The position numbers were made by a program, and so were the translations under genes. DNA of 62,476 bases, filler included, from Stramenopiles sp. TOSAG23-6 (lineage: Eukaryota), in the NCBI GenBank assembly GCA_900128565.1. It is 30 parts of 30 records of this genome, joined end to end, with 100 filler letters (N's around TTAATTAATTAA, not from the genome) between each part and the next. Parts side by side here need not be neighbours in the genome. Positions count along the whole stretch, not along the records: positions 12,608 to 14,605 come from LT638391.1; positions 14,706 to 16,702 come from LT638392.1; positions 16,803 to 18,796 come from LT638393.1; positions 18,897 to 20,888 come from LT638394.1; positions 20,989 to 22,980 come from LT638395.1; positions 23,081 to 25,071 come from LT638396.1; positions 25,172 to 27,161 come from LT638397.1; 23 more parts are not named here. One strand, written 5' to 3'. The notes beneath the pieces are model-generated. The model did no database searches. It worked only from the letters and a program-made list of their open reading frames with translations, and was not told the origin of the DNA. Position 1 is the first letter of the stretch, and each line of letters begins with the position of its first letter. This document shows, in pieces, positions 12,664 through 25,269 of the stretch.

Positions 12664-13492
12664 GTATAACACGCGAAAAAACATACTCTACTTACGGCCG
12701 TTTTTTCACTAGACCCGAAAGACTGCAAAAGCTTGCACAGTATTTGAGAGACAATCATATTAAAAAAGATGATGTTTTTATTGATATGTGTTGTGGCACT
12801 AATGATTTCGGTGGTTTTCTGTATGGAAAATCTCTATCGGGAATGAGATGCAAAGATTTTATGGGCTACGATTGTTTTCCTCCCAGAAGCAATTCTGATA
12901 GTCGTCATTTCACACTTCGTAATTGGTTTGCTGTTAAACCTAATCATGCTATACAATTATATGGTTATCGTAAATTAGTAATTGGTTTAAATCCTCCGTT
13001 TGGAAGATTTGGCAAAGATGCTGTTAAATTCTTAGAACATGCATTACTCTTTAAACCTAGACTGTTAGCTTTAATCATACCAAATGAAGCGGAGAAGAAA
13101 TGGCGTGATCACTATAGAAAAGCTGGATTTAAAAAGGTGTATGAGAATGCCGAAGTGGTTGGTGGTGATCACTTTTACGTTCCTGGGTCAAGAAACATTA
13201 TTTCTCCGGAAACAGATACAAAATTTTATGTTTTTGAACACCAGGGTTCTCCTAGGGGAACTTCACGAGGACGGAAAAGACCGCGTGAATATGATAATAA
13301 CCCTAATAATATACGTATTGGTAATAATGATAGAAATAATAGACGGTTTAATAGTAATAACCCTAACCCTAATAATATACGTATTGGTAATAATGATAGA
13401 AATAATAGACGGTTTAGTAATAATAATCCTAACCCTAATGATAGAAATAATAGACGGTTTAATAGTAATAATAGAAGCTCAAAGTCATCAAA
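12664..13492 (+). CDS. EDM2-like N6-adenine methyltransferase-fold domain followed by Asn/Arg-rich tail
   Basis: TYGRFFTRPERL...DVFIDMCCGTNDF...YDCFPP...RNWF...LVIGLNPPFG...FLEHALLFKPRLLALIIP parallels the plant EDM2 C-terminal domain (SAM-binding DxCCG, NPPF). Confidence 0.75.
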
Positions 13493-13529
13493 NNNNNNNN
13501 NNNNNNNNNNNNNNNNNNNNNNNNNNNNN

Positions 13530-13561
<32 letters not shown>

Positions 13562-14124
13562 GTAACACCCAGGATCCAAGAAAAAGACGGAAAAAAAGTC
13601 GATTGATTTCTACAGTAAACTCAATAAAAGAATCAAAAAGTAATAGAATATCCAATAATCAACGAAATGAATCACGTTCACCACCACGTTCACCACCACG
13701 TTCATATCGTGGTGATGGAAATATTCAGCGAAATTTTCAAAATAACCAACAACAAAGAAATATATCAGATAATATATCAAAGTACAAAAATCCTAATAAT
13801 AATGTACAACAATTGAATCCAAGACGAAGTCCAAGAATAAAAAAGAAGCGTCATGTAGATAAATATCCGAATACCAAAAAACCTTCTTCACAAACAAATG
13901 CATCAATTTCTACAGTAAACTCAATAAAAGAATCAAAANNNNNNNNNNNNNNNNNNNNNNNNNNNNNNNNNNNNNNNNNNNNNNNNNNNNNNNNNNNNNN
14001 NNNNNNNNNNNNNNNNNNNNNNNNNNNNNNNNNNNNNNNNNNNNNNNNNNNNNNNNNNNNNNNNNNNNNNNNNNNNNNNNNNNNNNNNNNNNNNNNNNNN
14101 NNNNNNNNNNNNNNNNNNNNNNNN

Positions 14125-14605
14125 AATTAAAAAAAATCGTTAGGTACAAAATTTCATTCCAAAAAAAAAATAAAAAGCGAAATCGTAATAGAGATAATAA
14201 TAATGATTTAAGACGATTGATTTCTCCAAGATCGAAAAAAGCAAAGCCGTCTATCAAATTTTGATTTCTTCTGTCAGTAGTATTATGTGTATGTATAAAC
14301 TCTTATATTAAGATTTTACAAGTTATCGTAAATTAGTAATTGGTTTAAATCCTCCGTTTGGAAGNAATTAAAAAAAATCGTTAGGTACAAAATTTCATTC
14401 CAAAAAAAAAATAAAAAGCGAAATCGTAATAGAGATAATAATAATGATTTAAGACGATTGATTTCTCCAAGATCGAAAAAAGCAAAGCCGTCTATCAAAT
14501 TTTGATTTCTTCTGTCAGTAGTATTATGTGTATGTATAAACTCTTATATTAAGATTTTACAAGTTATCGTAAATTAGTAATTGGTTTAAATCCTCCGTTT
14601 GGAAG
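14125..14605. repeat. Exact tandem duplication of about 240 bp, ending in a copy of 12964-13006
   Basis: 14125-14364 equals 14366-14605; likely an assembly or amplification artefact. Confidence 0.85.
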
Positions 14606-14876
14606 NNNNNNNNNNNNNNNNNNNNNNNNNNNNNNNNNNNNNNNNNNNNTTAATTAATTAANNNNNNNNNNNNNNNNNNNNNNNNNNNNNNNNNNNNNNN
14701 NNNNNGTAAAAAAAGTATATTAATATATTGATTGTATATATATACAAAAATCAACAAAAATATTTCTCCATCAAACGTTTTTATATTGATGCGACAGGTT
14801 AGTTCCAAATAATATATACGATCGACAATCAAATCTCGAACTATTTCCACATTTTGTAGCTCAGGTACTGTAGTAG

Positions 14877-15821
14877 ATGTCTTGTTTACATAACTTGTTT
14901 TTCTTAGTTGTAGTAATGAGCGCCAGTTCTCCAGCACGCGGTTACCCTTCTCGAAGGCCTAGGGCCAGAATACAAGTGCCTAAATTCGAGCGTCTTGCTT
15001 CTTTAGNNNNNNNNNNNNNNNNNNNNNNNNNNNNNNNNNNNNNNNNNNNNNNNNNNNNNNNNNNNNNNNNNNNNNNNNNNNNNNNNNNNNNNGCTATACA
15101 GCAATTGTTGCGAAAACTTCACGACGACGGTTTTCGTATTTATATTCTAAGTTTTGGTAATGAACGGGATATACGCGAAGCACTTCATTTTATTAATATT
15201 TCAAATACTGTTGACGCTATATATGGAAATTCAAGTTATGCTCAATGCGGGGTGTTCACTATTCAAAATGCAAAAGTACAAATGATTGATATATTTCAAG
15301 AGCGGCTCAAAACAATTGAACGAATTCTCTTTTTTGATGATGACCGAACAAATTTTCCAGATCACATCTCTGGTTCACTAAAGTTTGATAGATTTTCAAT
15401 GGATACCTCCTCTTCTTGTATATCTAATACATCCATAAATTCTAAAAACTCCAAAAAGTTGTGTAAAGCGTCAACGACTGCAAAACGTGGGCAGAAAAAT
15501 GATTTAATAGAACAACCAGTAGAAGTGTCTACTCAAATCCAACGCCTAATTGAATTTATTATTTATCCTGCTGGTGCTTTTAATGGAGGGCTTGGTTTAT
15601 CGATCAAAGACATGGATGAAATCATTGACTATATTACAATATGTAGTGGTATTTTTGATACAAATCCACCGGCTGCTCCTTTTTTGAGTGGTGTTGAAAC
15701 TATAGAAAAAAATGCTGTAACCTCAATATTGAATGGAACAAAACCTCTTTTAGTACCAAGTAGTACTACGAAGAAAACAACTGATATTGACAATGCTATC
15801 AGCAACGATAAAATGGTCTAA
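14877..15821 (+). CDS. HAD-superfamily phosphatase-like protein (gap inside)
   Basis: LLRKLHDDGFRIYILSFG (motif II), a K motif, and ILFFDDDRTNF (motif IV). Confidence 0.6.
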   Translation: MSCLHNLFFLVVVMSASSPARGYPSRRPRARIQVPKFERLASLXXXXXXXXXXXXXXXXXXXXXXXXXXXXXAIQQLLRKLHDDGFRIYILSFGNERDIREALHFINISNTVDAIYGNSSYAQCGVFTIQNAKVQMIDIFQERLKTIERILFFDDDRTNFPDHISGSLKFDRFSMDTSSSCISNTSINSKNSKKLCKASTTAKRGQKNDLIEQPVEVSTQIQRLIEFIIYPAGAFNGGLGLSIKDMDEIIDYITICSGIFDTNPPAAPFLSGVETIEKNAVTSILNGTKPLLVPSSTTKKTTDIDNAISNDKMV

Positions 15822-16088
15822 TAAATTTTACTATAATGCTTGTATTTAAATGTATCAGCAAAAAGTAAAAAACATAAAATATAACATAAAAATTAAAACT
15901 TTTTCATCTGTATTTTTATTGATAATACATTTTGATTTTGTTCGTGTAAGTGTAGCTCATGAGTCATGACACAACGACAACAGTTTTGTTCCCACACGGT
16001 CAAAAAAGTTGACAGCACAGAACTTTCCAAATAATTTAACAACTTCATCATTTTCACGTCCTAGTAATTAAATCAGCAACCAAGCATA

Positions 16089-16702
16089 ATGCTCCGCGCT
16101 GGAAGTCATTTGCGTTTCATCTCAAACGTCTCCCAGTCAACTACCCGCTGTCACACATCTAAGCTGCTGNNNNNNNNNNNNNNNNNNNNNNNNNNNNNNC
16201 CGTCCAAGCATTTGGGGAGTGGGCCGCGAAATTTCTGCTATCGAAGCACTAAACCTTCTTTCTGAGAACCAACCTGTTCGTTTACAGCGTCGTCGTGTTG
16301 TTACTGTCGTACCAGATCTCAAGGCATTGGATACTTTATTTTCATTGCAAAGAATGATGTTTTTGAAGTGAGGGAAAAAAAAAAACAATGTAATTTATTT
16401 CAAATACTATTGACATATTGTACAGGCAACCAATGTCACCCCAGCTACCTCTGGTTTGGAGACGTCATTTGGTTTACCCACTACGTTGTCCTCCCTTGCT
16501 GAGCTTAAACTGTTTAGTGCCATTGTAAACGACAGTGTCAAACTACCTGATGGAAATGACACCGAATTACTTGTGGCTAAGCACATTAGTGAATTGATGA
16601 ACCGAGAAATGTCTAGTGGGCTTGATTTCTTCTCGTGTGAAACGCACTGGCACAGGCGCTTTGTATATCATTTTAAGCGAAAGATTCTATTTTGGGCCCC
16701 TG
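16089..16702 (+). CDS. Hypothetical protein with mitochondrial-presequence-like N-terminus
   Basis: Starts MLRAGSHLRFISNVSQSTTRCH; one AG-ending intron ending at 16425; donor unresolved. Confidence 0.4.
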
Positions 16703-16858
16703 NNNNNNNNNNNNNNNNNNNNNNNNNNNNNNNNNNNNNNNNNNNNTTAATTAATTAANNNNNNNNNNNNNNNNNNNNNNNNNNNNNNNNNNNNNNNNNN
16801 NNGTGGTTAAATATATTGTATGTTTTTTTTTTTTTTTTTTTTTTTTTTTACATTTCGG

Positions 16859-16889
<31 letters not shown>

Positions 16890-16974
16890 ATTTGAATTTT
16901 TTTTTTTTTTTTTTAAATTTTTTAAATTTTTATACAAAATTTTGTACCTAACAAATTCTCTACTATACACAATA

Positions 16975-18690
16975 TGTCTTTACATTTTTTGATTGTCTGT
17001 CAATGGCTCAAGATATGAATACAGCCCAAAGAAAAATGGGTTCTCATGTTCGTTACCCGGGTCACGCTAGTCGAATTGCTCTAACATTAAATATTTTATT
17101 GTCAAATACAATTGCAATGATTTCATCATCATGTACGTTTTTTTTTTTTTTTTTTTTTCGGTAAAAAAAACGAATTTATTTTTTTCGTACGAAATTTTGT
17201 ACCTAACAATTTTTTTTTTTTTTTTTTTCGGTAAAAAAAAAATCGAATTTTTTTTTTATAGTAAATTTTGTACCTAACAATTTTTTTTAGATTTTTTTTT
17301 AAATATGTTTCCAAAATACATTTGCTATTTCGTTTATTAAAAATATTGAATATATTGCTAATGATATTGATGAAGAAAAAACACGAAATCAAGACGACAT
17401 GCAAAACAATGCAGATAATGTGTTGTATGTTGAATGTAGTAATACACTTACATCATATTGTTATAGAGAATTAACGTATAGAAAAAAAATGATGATGTCT
17501 CATAACCCTAACCCTAACCCTAAGAAAAATAAAAAAATTAAAAAAATTTCGACTGTACCAAAACAACAAATGAAAAAATTGAATTCACGAAATCGTAATC
17601 TTAAAAAGTCGGTGAATTCTGAGGTTAAAAAAAAAGAAACAGAAAAGTGGTGTCGAATTCAAATCTGGAAACATGAAATAGAGATAAACCAAAAACAACA
17701 AAAACAACAAAAACAACAAAAACAACAACAAAAACAACAAAACAAAAAAAACAAAAAAAAACAATCAAAAAAAGGAAAAAAAAAATCTCGAAATTCTTTA
17801 GGTACAGAATTTACTACAAAAAAATATTTTTCAAAATATTCTACCGTCAACGATTCAATTTGGTACAATATTGATTCATGTATACGGAATTTCCTAGATG
17901 GTATCTATAAAAGAAATGGTGCTCAAGGCTGGGGAATTGGCCGAGGTGGTTTTTTTGGAGGTAGTGTATGTTGTAGTATAATATTTCAATTTTTTTTTTC
18001 ATTTTTTTTTTGTATGAAATTTTTTTTAGAAAATCAAAAATTTCATTTTTTTTTTTTCAATTTTTTTTTGTATGAAATGTTGTACCTAAACAAAAATTTC
18101 ATTTTTTTTTTTCAATTTTTTTTTGTATGAAATTTTGTACCTAACATTTATCTACAATTTCAAATAGTATCCTAATAATTTATGTCGCCACGTTTGACTT
18201 ACCGATTTCGTGTAAAATTGGTAATCATAAATTGTATAATTTTGACAAAGCTGCTATACAATACGCAAATAGTACTATCAGTTGTCCTAACCCTAACCCT
18301 ACTCAAAAAGACCAACTGCAATATACCTCCGAAAGTAATGCAAAACAACTTTTTAATGTCATATGTTCACCAATTTGGGACTATAACGTATTATTTCATT
18401 ATTCATTTCCAATATTACAATTTTTTTTTTTTTTTTTTTTTTCATACGAAATTTTGTACTTAACAAAAAAAAAATTAAAAAAAAAAAAATATTTTTCACA
18501 ATTTATGCTCGTGAAAAAGGACGAAATCTTTGTTTTGCATATAAACGTTTAGAGTATTCAGAAACTGCATTACAATATAGTTTTTATATTCCTCTTCATC
18601 GTAATTTGGCACATGCGTTAAAATCCTTGTTATGTCGATGCAAAAACGAAAAATATGCGACTTTTATGATTCGTCATTTATCAAGAGTTT
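16975..18690 (+). CDS. Hypothetical multi-exon protein fragment
   Basis: Coding-like segments between family introns; no domain recognised. Confidence 0.4.
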
Positions 18691-18903
18691 GTACGTTTTT
18701 ATTTTAATTTTTTTTTTTTTATAACTTTTTTTTCATAATTTTTTTTTCATAATTTTGTTTNGTAGGAACTTTTGTACCTAACAAATGTTTTTTTTTNNNN
18801 NNNNNNNNNNNNNNNNNNNNNNNNNNNNNNNNNNNNNNNNTTAATTAATTAANNNNNNNNNNNNNNNNNNNNNNNNNNNNNNNNNNNNNNNNNNNNTGTA
18901 ATT

Positions 18904-20888
18904 GTGTACATTTTACAGTGCTGTTATTGCATTAAAAAAGTGTATGGAGCCGACCAACGTGATGAAGTTGGTAATGCAAGGCGACCTTTGGGTGGTGGTG
19001 GAAAGTTTGCGGCGGATCAGGCTTATTCTGCAAGTGCCAATCATCTAGGACATGATTCACAGTTTAGTGGTGAAGGGCCACATGAACGAGTAGCTGGTCC
19101 ATGGCAACATCCTCAAGTATCGACTCCGGTTGCACCGTGCTATCTTTATGGATCAGGTACACATGATCTATCTTCGGCTCATGGTCATGGATGTGGTGGT
19201 GGTGCAAGGCAACCTTTGGATGGTCATCAGGCATATTCTGCATATGCTAATACAGAACACGTTTCAAGGTTTGGTGTTGAAGGACGACAAGTACAACCGT
19301 TTGGTCCATGGACACAATTGACGCTTGACCCGTGCCATGTTCTTCCGCACGGTGCAGTTGATCCACATAGGGCACCACAACTTAATGGTCAAGCAGTTGG
19401 CCCTTGCCTACTTTCGNCTTCTTCGGTAGAATCGGCTGCAACAAGATATTCTGGTAGTGTGTATGGTACTGTGTATGGGGCGGNTGATCCACGATTGTCA
19501 CAAGCCAGTTTTCAAAAGTCTCGGACGCCGCTACTTTTACATCAAACTGGAACTGTATGTCCCCAAATGAACATAGATTTAGAAGAAATATTGAGAGAAT
19601 TTTCAANACAAAAGGTTGCTGGAGAAAAGAAAAGCGACTACACGACAAGGCTGAAANAGAGCGTAAATATTATTGTCCGAGANGTTTTCCCTGACGCAAC
19701 ACTTGTACCGTACGGTTCTTCGGAGTATGGATTATTTATACCAGGGGGTATTAGTGATATCGACTTTATNCTAACATGGCCCGGGCCCGATTCTACACCT
19801 AAAGGGACCGCTCAAGAACTCTTAAAAAAATTAGAAAGTTATCTGAAAACGAAATTTGAAGATGTGAATTACGTACCGTCACGTCATTTTCCGTTGGTAT
19901 CATTTACTNTAGATGGAACCAAAATTGAAATACTGATTGGTAAACCCGATCATACTGGCAACATGGCAACGAAACAGATACAAAGAGTTTTCAAAACTTT
20001 AAGACCCAAGAAAATAAGGGAGCTCAATATATTGCTCAAGCTATTTTTNAATAATAATAAGCTAAATGGTTTGGGTTCACTAACATCATTTATGCTGGTT
20101 CAAATGACACGATTTTTCATTGAAGTGTATGTAAAGGAAACACCTGAGATTGGTGATCTATTAGTTCAATTCCTGAAAATGTTTGGCACAAGTAGTCCAT
20201 TCATTCGATCTAGTACACCTGACAGCGAATTTTATGGAATGGGGTTTTCGCCAGTTAACGGACAAGCATATTTTGAGTCGAGGAGAATAAGTCCACGGGA
20301 GCATTTATTTATTCAAAACCCATTAGTTTCTAAATTTGAAAATGCAGCACGAAATGTAGGGCAAATACAAATACTTAATATTCAGAGTGCATTTGAAAAA
20401 TTATACAATCAATTGACAAGAATATATGGGGATTGTGACATGAAAGACAAAAAAAAAACTTTGAGAGCAACATTTGCTTTTCCTTGCCTTGATGGAGACG
20501 CAGCTTGTGTAGTCAGTACAAATGAGGATACAAAACATGATACAGTATCAAGAGCGTTGGTCGGAGAAGCTCAACGAAGGAACCCTCTCAGCAGTATTCA
20601 TAACATTCCAGGTTCAAAAGATATAAAACCAAGGAACCCAACAGGATCAAAGGCTGAAGCAACCGCTGTAGTGGTTGTGGTAGAGGCAGCAGCAAAACAA
20701 GAAATAAAATCAAGGAAACCAGCAAGATCAAAGGCTTATGCAGCAGCAAAAGAAACCGATGCAGAAGAGGTTGCAGCAAAAGTAGCCGTTGCTGAAAAGG
20801 CTGCAGCAGTAAAGCCAAAAGCAAAGCCAAAATCAAAGCCAAAATCAAAAAAAAAGGAAAAACAAAAGAAAAAGAAAAACAAGAAAGC
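18904..20888 (+). CDS. TRF4/Cid1-family non-canonical poly(A)/poly(U) polymerase
   Basis: YGSSEYGLF...SDIDF nucleotidyltransferase motif, GSLTSFML, and PAP-associated LFIQNPL...ENAARNV; intronless. Start codon uncertain. Confidence 0.85.
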
Positions 20889-21008
20889 NNNNNNNNNNNN
20901 NNNNNNNNNNNNNNNNNNNNNNNNNNNNNNNNTTAATTAATTAANNNNNNNNNNNNNNNNNNNNNNNNNNNNNNNNNNNNNNNNNNNNCGGAACAACGGC
21001 GAAAAGCC

Positions 21009-21980
21009 ATGGAAAAAAAATGGTCCGAAGAATGGGAAAACAGTAGTGATAGTGATGAAGCGCTTGGCAACAATGATTGGGATTCAGGGGATGGGCTCAA
21101 ATGCCCTCCAAATGCAAATGACAATGAAGAAATATGTGACTTTTTAGGTATAGAAAAGAAACACCAAATGCAAAACAAGAATAAAAAAGTAAAACAAAGT
21201 AGTAAGAAGAATCGTATCCAAGAGACAAAGAGTGACAATGTAATGTTATCAAATGCTGAAGACTTTAGATTATTAGGAAATCTTCCGACATTAAAGCGCA
21301 ATACGATATCACACAAGAGTAATAATACTTCAATGACATCACATCTTTCCAAAAATTTCGAGAAAAAAAAGCAGAAAAAAAGTACATCTAAAAGTGATTT
21401 AAAACTTGAATTAAAGCGCCAAAGAAAAAATCGCAATCGAAGATTAGCAAAAGGAGGCTCTGGAAATCAAGTGCCATTTGAGTTTCTTTGTGAATTAAGT
21501 GGTAAACTTATGAAAACGCCTGTGAGAACGCCTTCGGGGCGACGGTATGAGTGTAAGGTAATCGAATCTTGGCTACTAAAGTCAAAGAAATGTCCATTGG
21601 ATGGCTTACCTTTAAGTCGGACGGAACTGCTTCCTTATCCAAAATTATCAGCTCGTATAAAAGCTTGGAAAATTCAGAGAGCTATGGCACCTGCCCCAAA
21701 TGCCAGCCCTGTAAAACAATATCTATATCATGACAATAAAGAATATGCTGAAGGTTTTGAAGGCAAAAGAAGTGATACAAACTTTCTTGAAGAGCATGCT
21801 GTTAAGTTAGCTTCAAAGTTAGAAAAAGTAGCAATAAAGTCAGTGCAACCTCAAGAAAATGATAGTAAAGAAGAATTGAAGTCTTTAAGTTCAGATAAAA
21901 TGTTTTTCAAATACAAACCAACGAGTAATAATAATAATAATACATCATCTATGGAAGATGATTTATATGACTTTAATTGA
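21009..21980 (+). CDS. U-box domain protein (5' end may be missing)
   Basis: VPFEFLCELSGKLMKTPVRTPSGRRYECKVIESWL...CPLDG...L.P...L...I..W. Confidence 0.85.
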   Translation: MEKKWSEEWENSSDSDEALGNNDWDSGDGLKCPPNANDNEEICDFLGIEKKHQMQNKNKKVKQSSKKNRIQETKSDNVMLSNAEDFRLLGNLPTLKRNTISHKSNNTSMTSHLSKNFEKKKQKKSTSKSDLKLELKRQRKNRNRRLAKGGSGNQVPFEFLCELSGKLMKTPVRTPSGRRYECKVIESWLLKSKKCPLDGLPLSRTELLPYPKLSARIKAWKIQRAMAPAPNASPVKQYLYHDNKEYAEGFEGKRSDTNFLEEHAVKLASKLEKVAIKSVQPQENDSKEELKSLSSDKMFFKYKPTSNNNNNTSSMEDDLYDFN

Positions 21981-22192
21981 CTTTAATACATAATAATACA
22001 TAAAAACATTTACAAATATATTTCTTTTTTTGTAAAATTGTTATATTTTTATGGTGGACGATGAAGCATACATGCAAGACATGCGAGGGATATTGGTGTA
22101 TTCACAAGTGTACAACGAGGACATGTCCATTTCAATTCTGTTTCTCTGATTGCTCCGCTGTGACTAGGGTTAGGGCTATTTTCCTCGATTGA

Positions 22193-22980
22193 TTATTTAT
22201 TGGAATCATTTTGTTTCATTTCTTTTCCAGGGTTAGGGCTATTTTCCCCAGATTTTGTATGATTAGTAAAATCATTTTGTTTCATTTCTTTTCGAACAAA
22301 AAAATTCTTTAAATTTAAGGAACGTGCTTCATTATTACCTTGATTATATTTCCTTCTTTTTATAGCATCAAGTTCAAGTCTTTGTCGCTGTTGCTGCCAA
22401 TAAAGCTCGGTGCGGATGTTTAGTGGTAACACAACATCACTATTTCTCGTTTTCCTATTTGGTAAATTCTGTTTTATATTTTGCTTTCCTTCAGTATTAT
22501 TCTTTGTATCGTTATTTTCATTACTATTACAAGTCGCTTTAGGTGCAGTATGATCTGGTTTTGATTCATTTGATGTTGAATTATTTAATATATCACTGTC
22601 ATTACTACTAATATTCATACTTTTATTGACCATATTTTCACCCTCGCTGTTTTTATTGACCATATTTTCACCACTGTTTTTATTGACTTTATTTTCACCC
22701 TCACTGTTTTTGTTTTCTCTATTAAAAAAATGTGAGATGGTAAATGGTTCTTTCACTCGTTTCCTTTTCTTTGATGTATTAGCAGCAACATGAGCAAAGA
22801 TATCCGTAGCCCCATCTTTTGAATCTGTCGAAATACCAGTATAAAAACTCGTTATACAATTAGCTTTTGATGGACGTTTTATGAATTTCGACGCATTTAG
22901 ATATACTGCTGTTAAGCCACAGCCCTTATCTCGCCAATTCCCTAAATCTGAATTTTCGTCACATCGATGAAAAAGTATCA
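22193..22980 (-). CDS. C-terminal fragment of an Asn-rich protein (weak resemblance to Y-family polymerase tails)
   Basis: Frame open from the contig edge to TAA at 22193; a disrupted RanBP2-type zinc finger follows. Confidence 0.45.
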
Positions 22981-23157
22981 NNNNNNNNNNNNNNNNNNNN
23001 NNNNNNNNNNNNNNNNNNNNNNNNTTAATTAATTAANNNNNNNNNNNNNNNNNNNNNNNNNNNNNNNNNNNNNNNNNNNNTTTTTTTTTTTTTGGTAAAA
23101 AAATTTTGTACCTAACAATTTTTTTTAGATTTTTTGAAATATTTTTCCAAAATACAT

Positions 23158-23708
23158 GGACAACTGATAAATAGGCATTGTCTACCATGTGCCAAACAAC
23201 TCGCAGATTTGACCTCAATACAGAATGTGACACAAAAAACGTTTGACAATGCATTGAGGAAATCATCAACATCATGGATAAAGCTTCTACTTCGAAAAGG
23301 CTATCATCCAACTATCCCTCAAATTACCAACATGCTTACAAAATTTCAAGTAAGCAAATTTCTTGTATGTTTTATTTTTTTTCAATTTTTTATCGAAATT
23401 TTTTTTTTTTTTGAAAATTTTGTACCTAACAAAAATTAAATTTTTTTTTGAAATATTTTTCCAAAATACATGAACCTCACATGGGCCTAGGTGTAAATTA
23501 TGCTGATGGAGAAAGTCTAGCAAGCCTTATCGGAAACAACGAACTTGACCTTTTTGATTTTGTGACTGAAGAAGACCAAATCAAATTTAAAATACAACTG
23601 AAGCAACTATATTTGGTTCTATCAAAATCTCGTCCTGTTTCAGAAGACAAAAAACAAAGGCTCAAGGAATGCGTACGCGTGACCAAAAAAATCTTTGAGA
23701 GGGTTTAA
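23158..23708 (+). CDS. Hypothetical protein, 3' exons (23158-23364, 23472-23708)
   Basis: In-frame join across GT-AT intron 23365-23471. Confidence 0.5.
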
Positions 23709-24298
23709 GAAGCAGAGTTCTGATGTTCCCCCGTTACAGGTCTTACAGGTGAAAAGGATATCGTCAGTACCAGTACTAGGGGTAAGCACTTTTTTTTACT
23801 ATATATACTATCCAATTATACAAATGAACAAATGAACAAACTTTAAAAAAAAAAATCACTTTTTTTACAAATGAACAAATTTAAAAAAAAAAATCACTTT
23901 TTTTACAAATGAACAAATTTTAAAAAGAAAAACTTGGTTTATTTTAAAAATGTCATTCTTTTTATGTTTTTTCTTTGTTTTCGCCATCATGTAAAGCATC
24001 ACACCATCAATATTTTTTTCTTTACTACCCGATTAAATTGTAATGTAATAAATTTCTTCAAGTACCGGGTATCGGCATCATTCGAAATGAAACTGTCGGA
24101 TATACGATACTACTCGTACCGATCGATCAGCACAGGTCAAAACTCACTTTTTTATAGTAGTAAAGCGACACCACTTACAAGTGTGAGTGAGATCTAATTT
24201 GAGATTGTATCATATTTTACGAAAGATGCCATTGATAAGTAGGACTGCATTCGTAGTTATGTACAAAAACCACGAATAATAAGTAATAGAAAAAATCA

Positions 24299-24992
24299 AT
24301 GGGGGCCGCTGCGTCAATTAGCCATTTTGAAAAAGAAACACTTCTAGAATTACCTGAAATACTTCGTTCGAAGCAACGTGTATCAAATTTACCCGTCAAG
24401 ACATTAAAAACTCTTTTACATGTAGCATCAGCTAATACTAGCAATTGTATTGAAAAAAAAGATCTTGTTGCTCTTCTGCTAAATACAGAAATACAATTAC
24501 AGCTTTTATGTAGACTTGAAGAATTACAAAAATATAAAAAAAACACAAAAAACACTTTAGAAACACCCATCAATATTGCTCTACAGAATGCAAGTAGACG
24601 ATATGAAAATACTCCAAGGACTCCAGAACCATATTCAATTATTCCAAAACAATACAAAAACACACAAAAGCCATTTGCAAGGAGACCAGAACCATACTCG
24701 AAAATATATCATCCAAGTACGTTTGTATTATTAATTTCGCAAAAAATATTTTTTATACGAAATTTCGTACCTAACGATTTTTTTTACACCAAAAAAAAAA
24801 AAATATTTTTTCCAATACATGTAATAGTAACTCTATAGTGAATCTTCGTACCTCTACTTGTTGTAGTTGTCAATTACCAATTACTTGTACAATAATAACT
24901 GCATTAAATAAAAAGTGGCATAAGCAATGCTTTCGATGTGATAATTGCTCTATATTATTAGGAGAAACTTTTTACCAGCATGAAAATTTACC
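24299..24992 (+). CDS. LIM-domain protein with N-terminal helix-extension-helix (CIEKKDLV) module (exons 24299-24716, 24821-24992)
   Basis: CCSCQLPI...ALNKKWHKQCFRCDNC...FYQHENLP; GT-AT intron 24717-24820. Confidence 0.8.
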
Positions 24993-25013
24993 GTAGGTTT
25001 TTTTTATCAATCA

Positions 25014-25047
<34 letters not shown>

Positions 25048-25269
25048 TTTTTTTTTAAAAATTTTTTTTTTNNNNNNNNNNNNNNNNNNNNNNNNNNNNN
25101 NNNNNNNNNNNNNNNTTAATTAATTAANNNNNNNNNNNNNNNNNNNNNNNNNNNNNNNNNNNNNNNNNNNNAAAAATATTTCAAAAAAAAAAATTTGAAA
25201 AAATTTGTTAGGTACAAAATTTCGTACGAAAAAAAAATTTGAAAAAAAATTTGAAAAATAAAACATACA

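Noticed and set aside
14125-14605. 240-bp tandem repeat as a mobile element
   Set aside because: Identical copies separated by an N at a contig end and joined to a piece of the upstream gene; typical assembly or amplification chimera.
22193-22195. Stop-codon reassignment (TAA read-through)
   Set aside because: Single case accompanied by a frameshift; other genes terminate normally at TAA and show no in-frame stops.
23120-23157. Canonical splicing at the TTTTAG often found between CTAAC and the AT end
   Set aside because: It would insert FLKYFSKIH-like peptides or frameshifts into conserved motifs, and many introns (e.g. 30756-30871) have no such AG.
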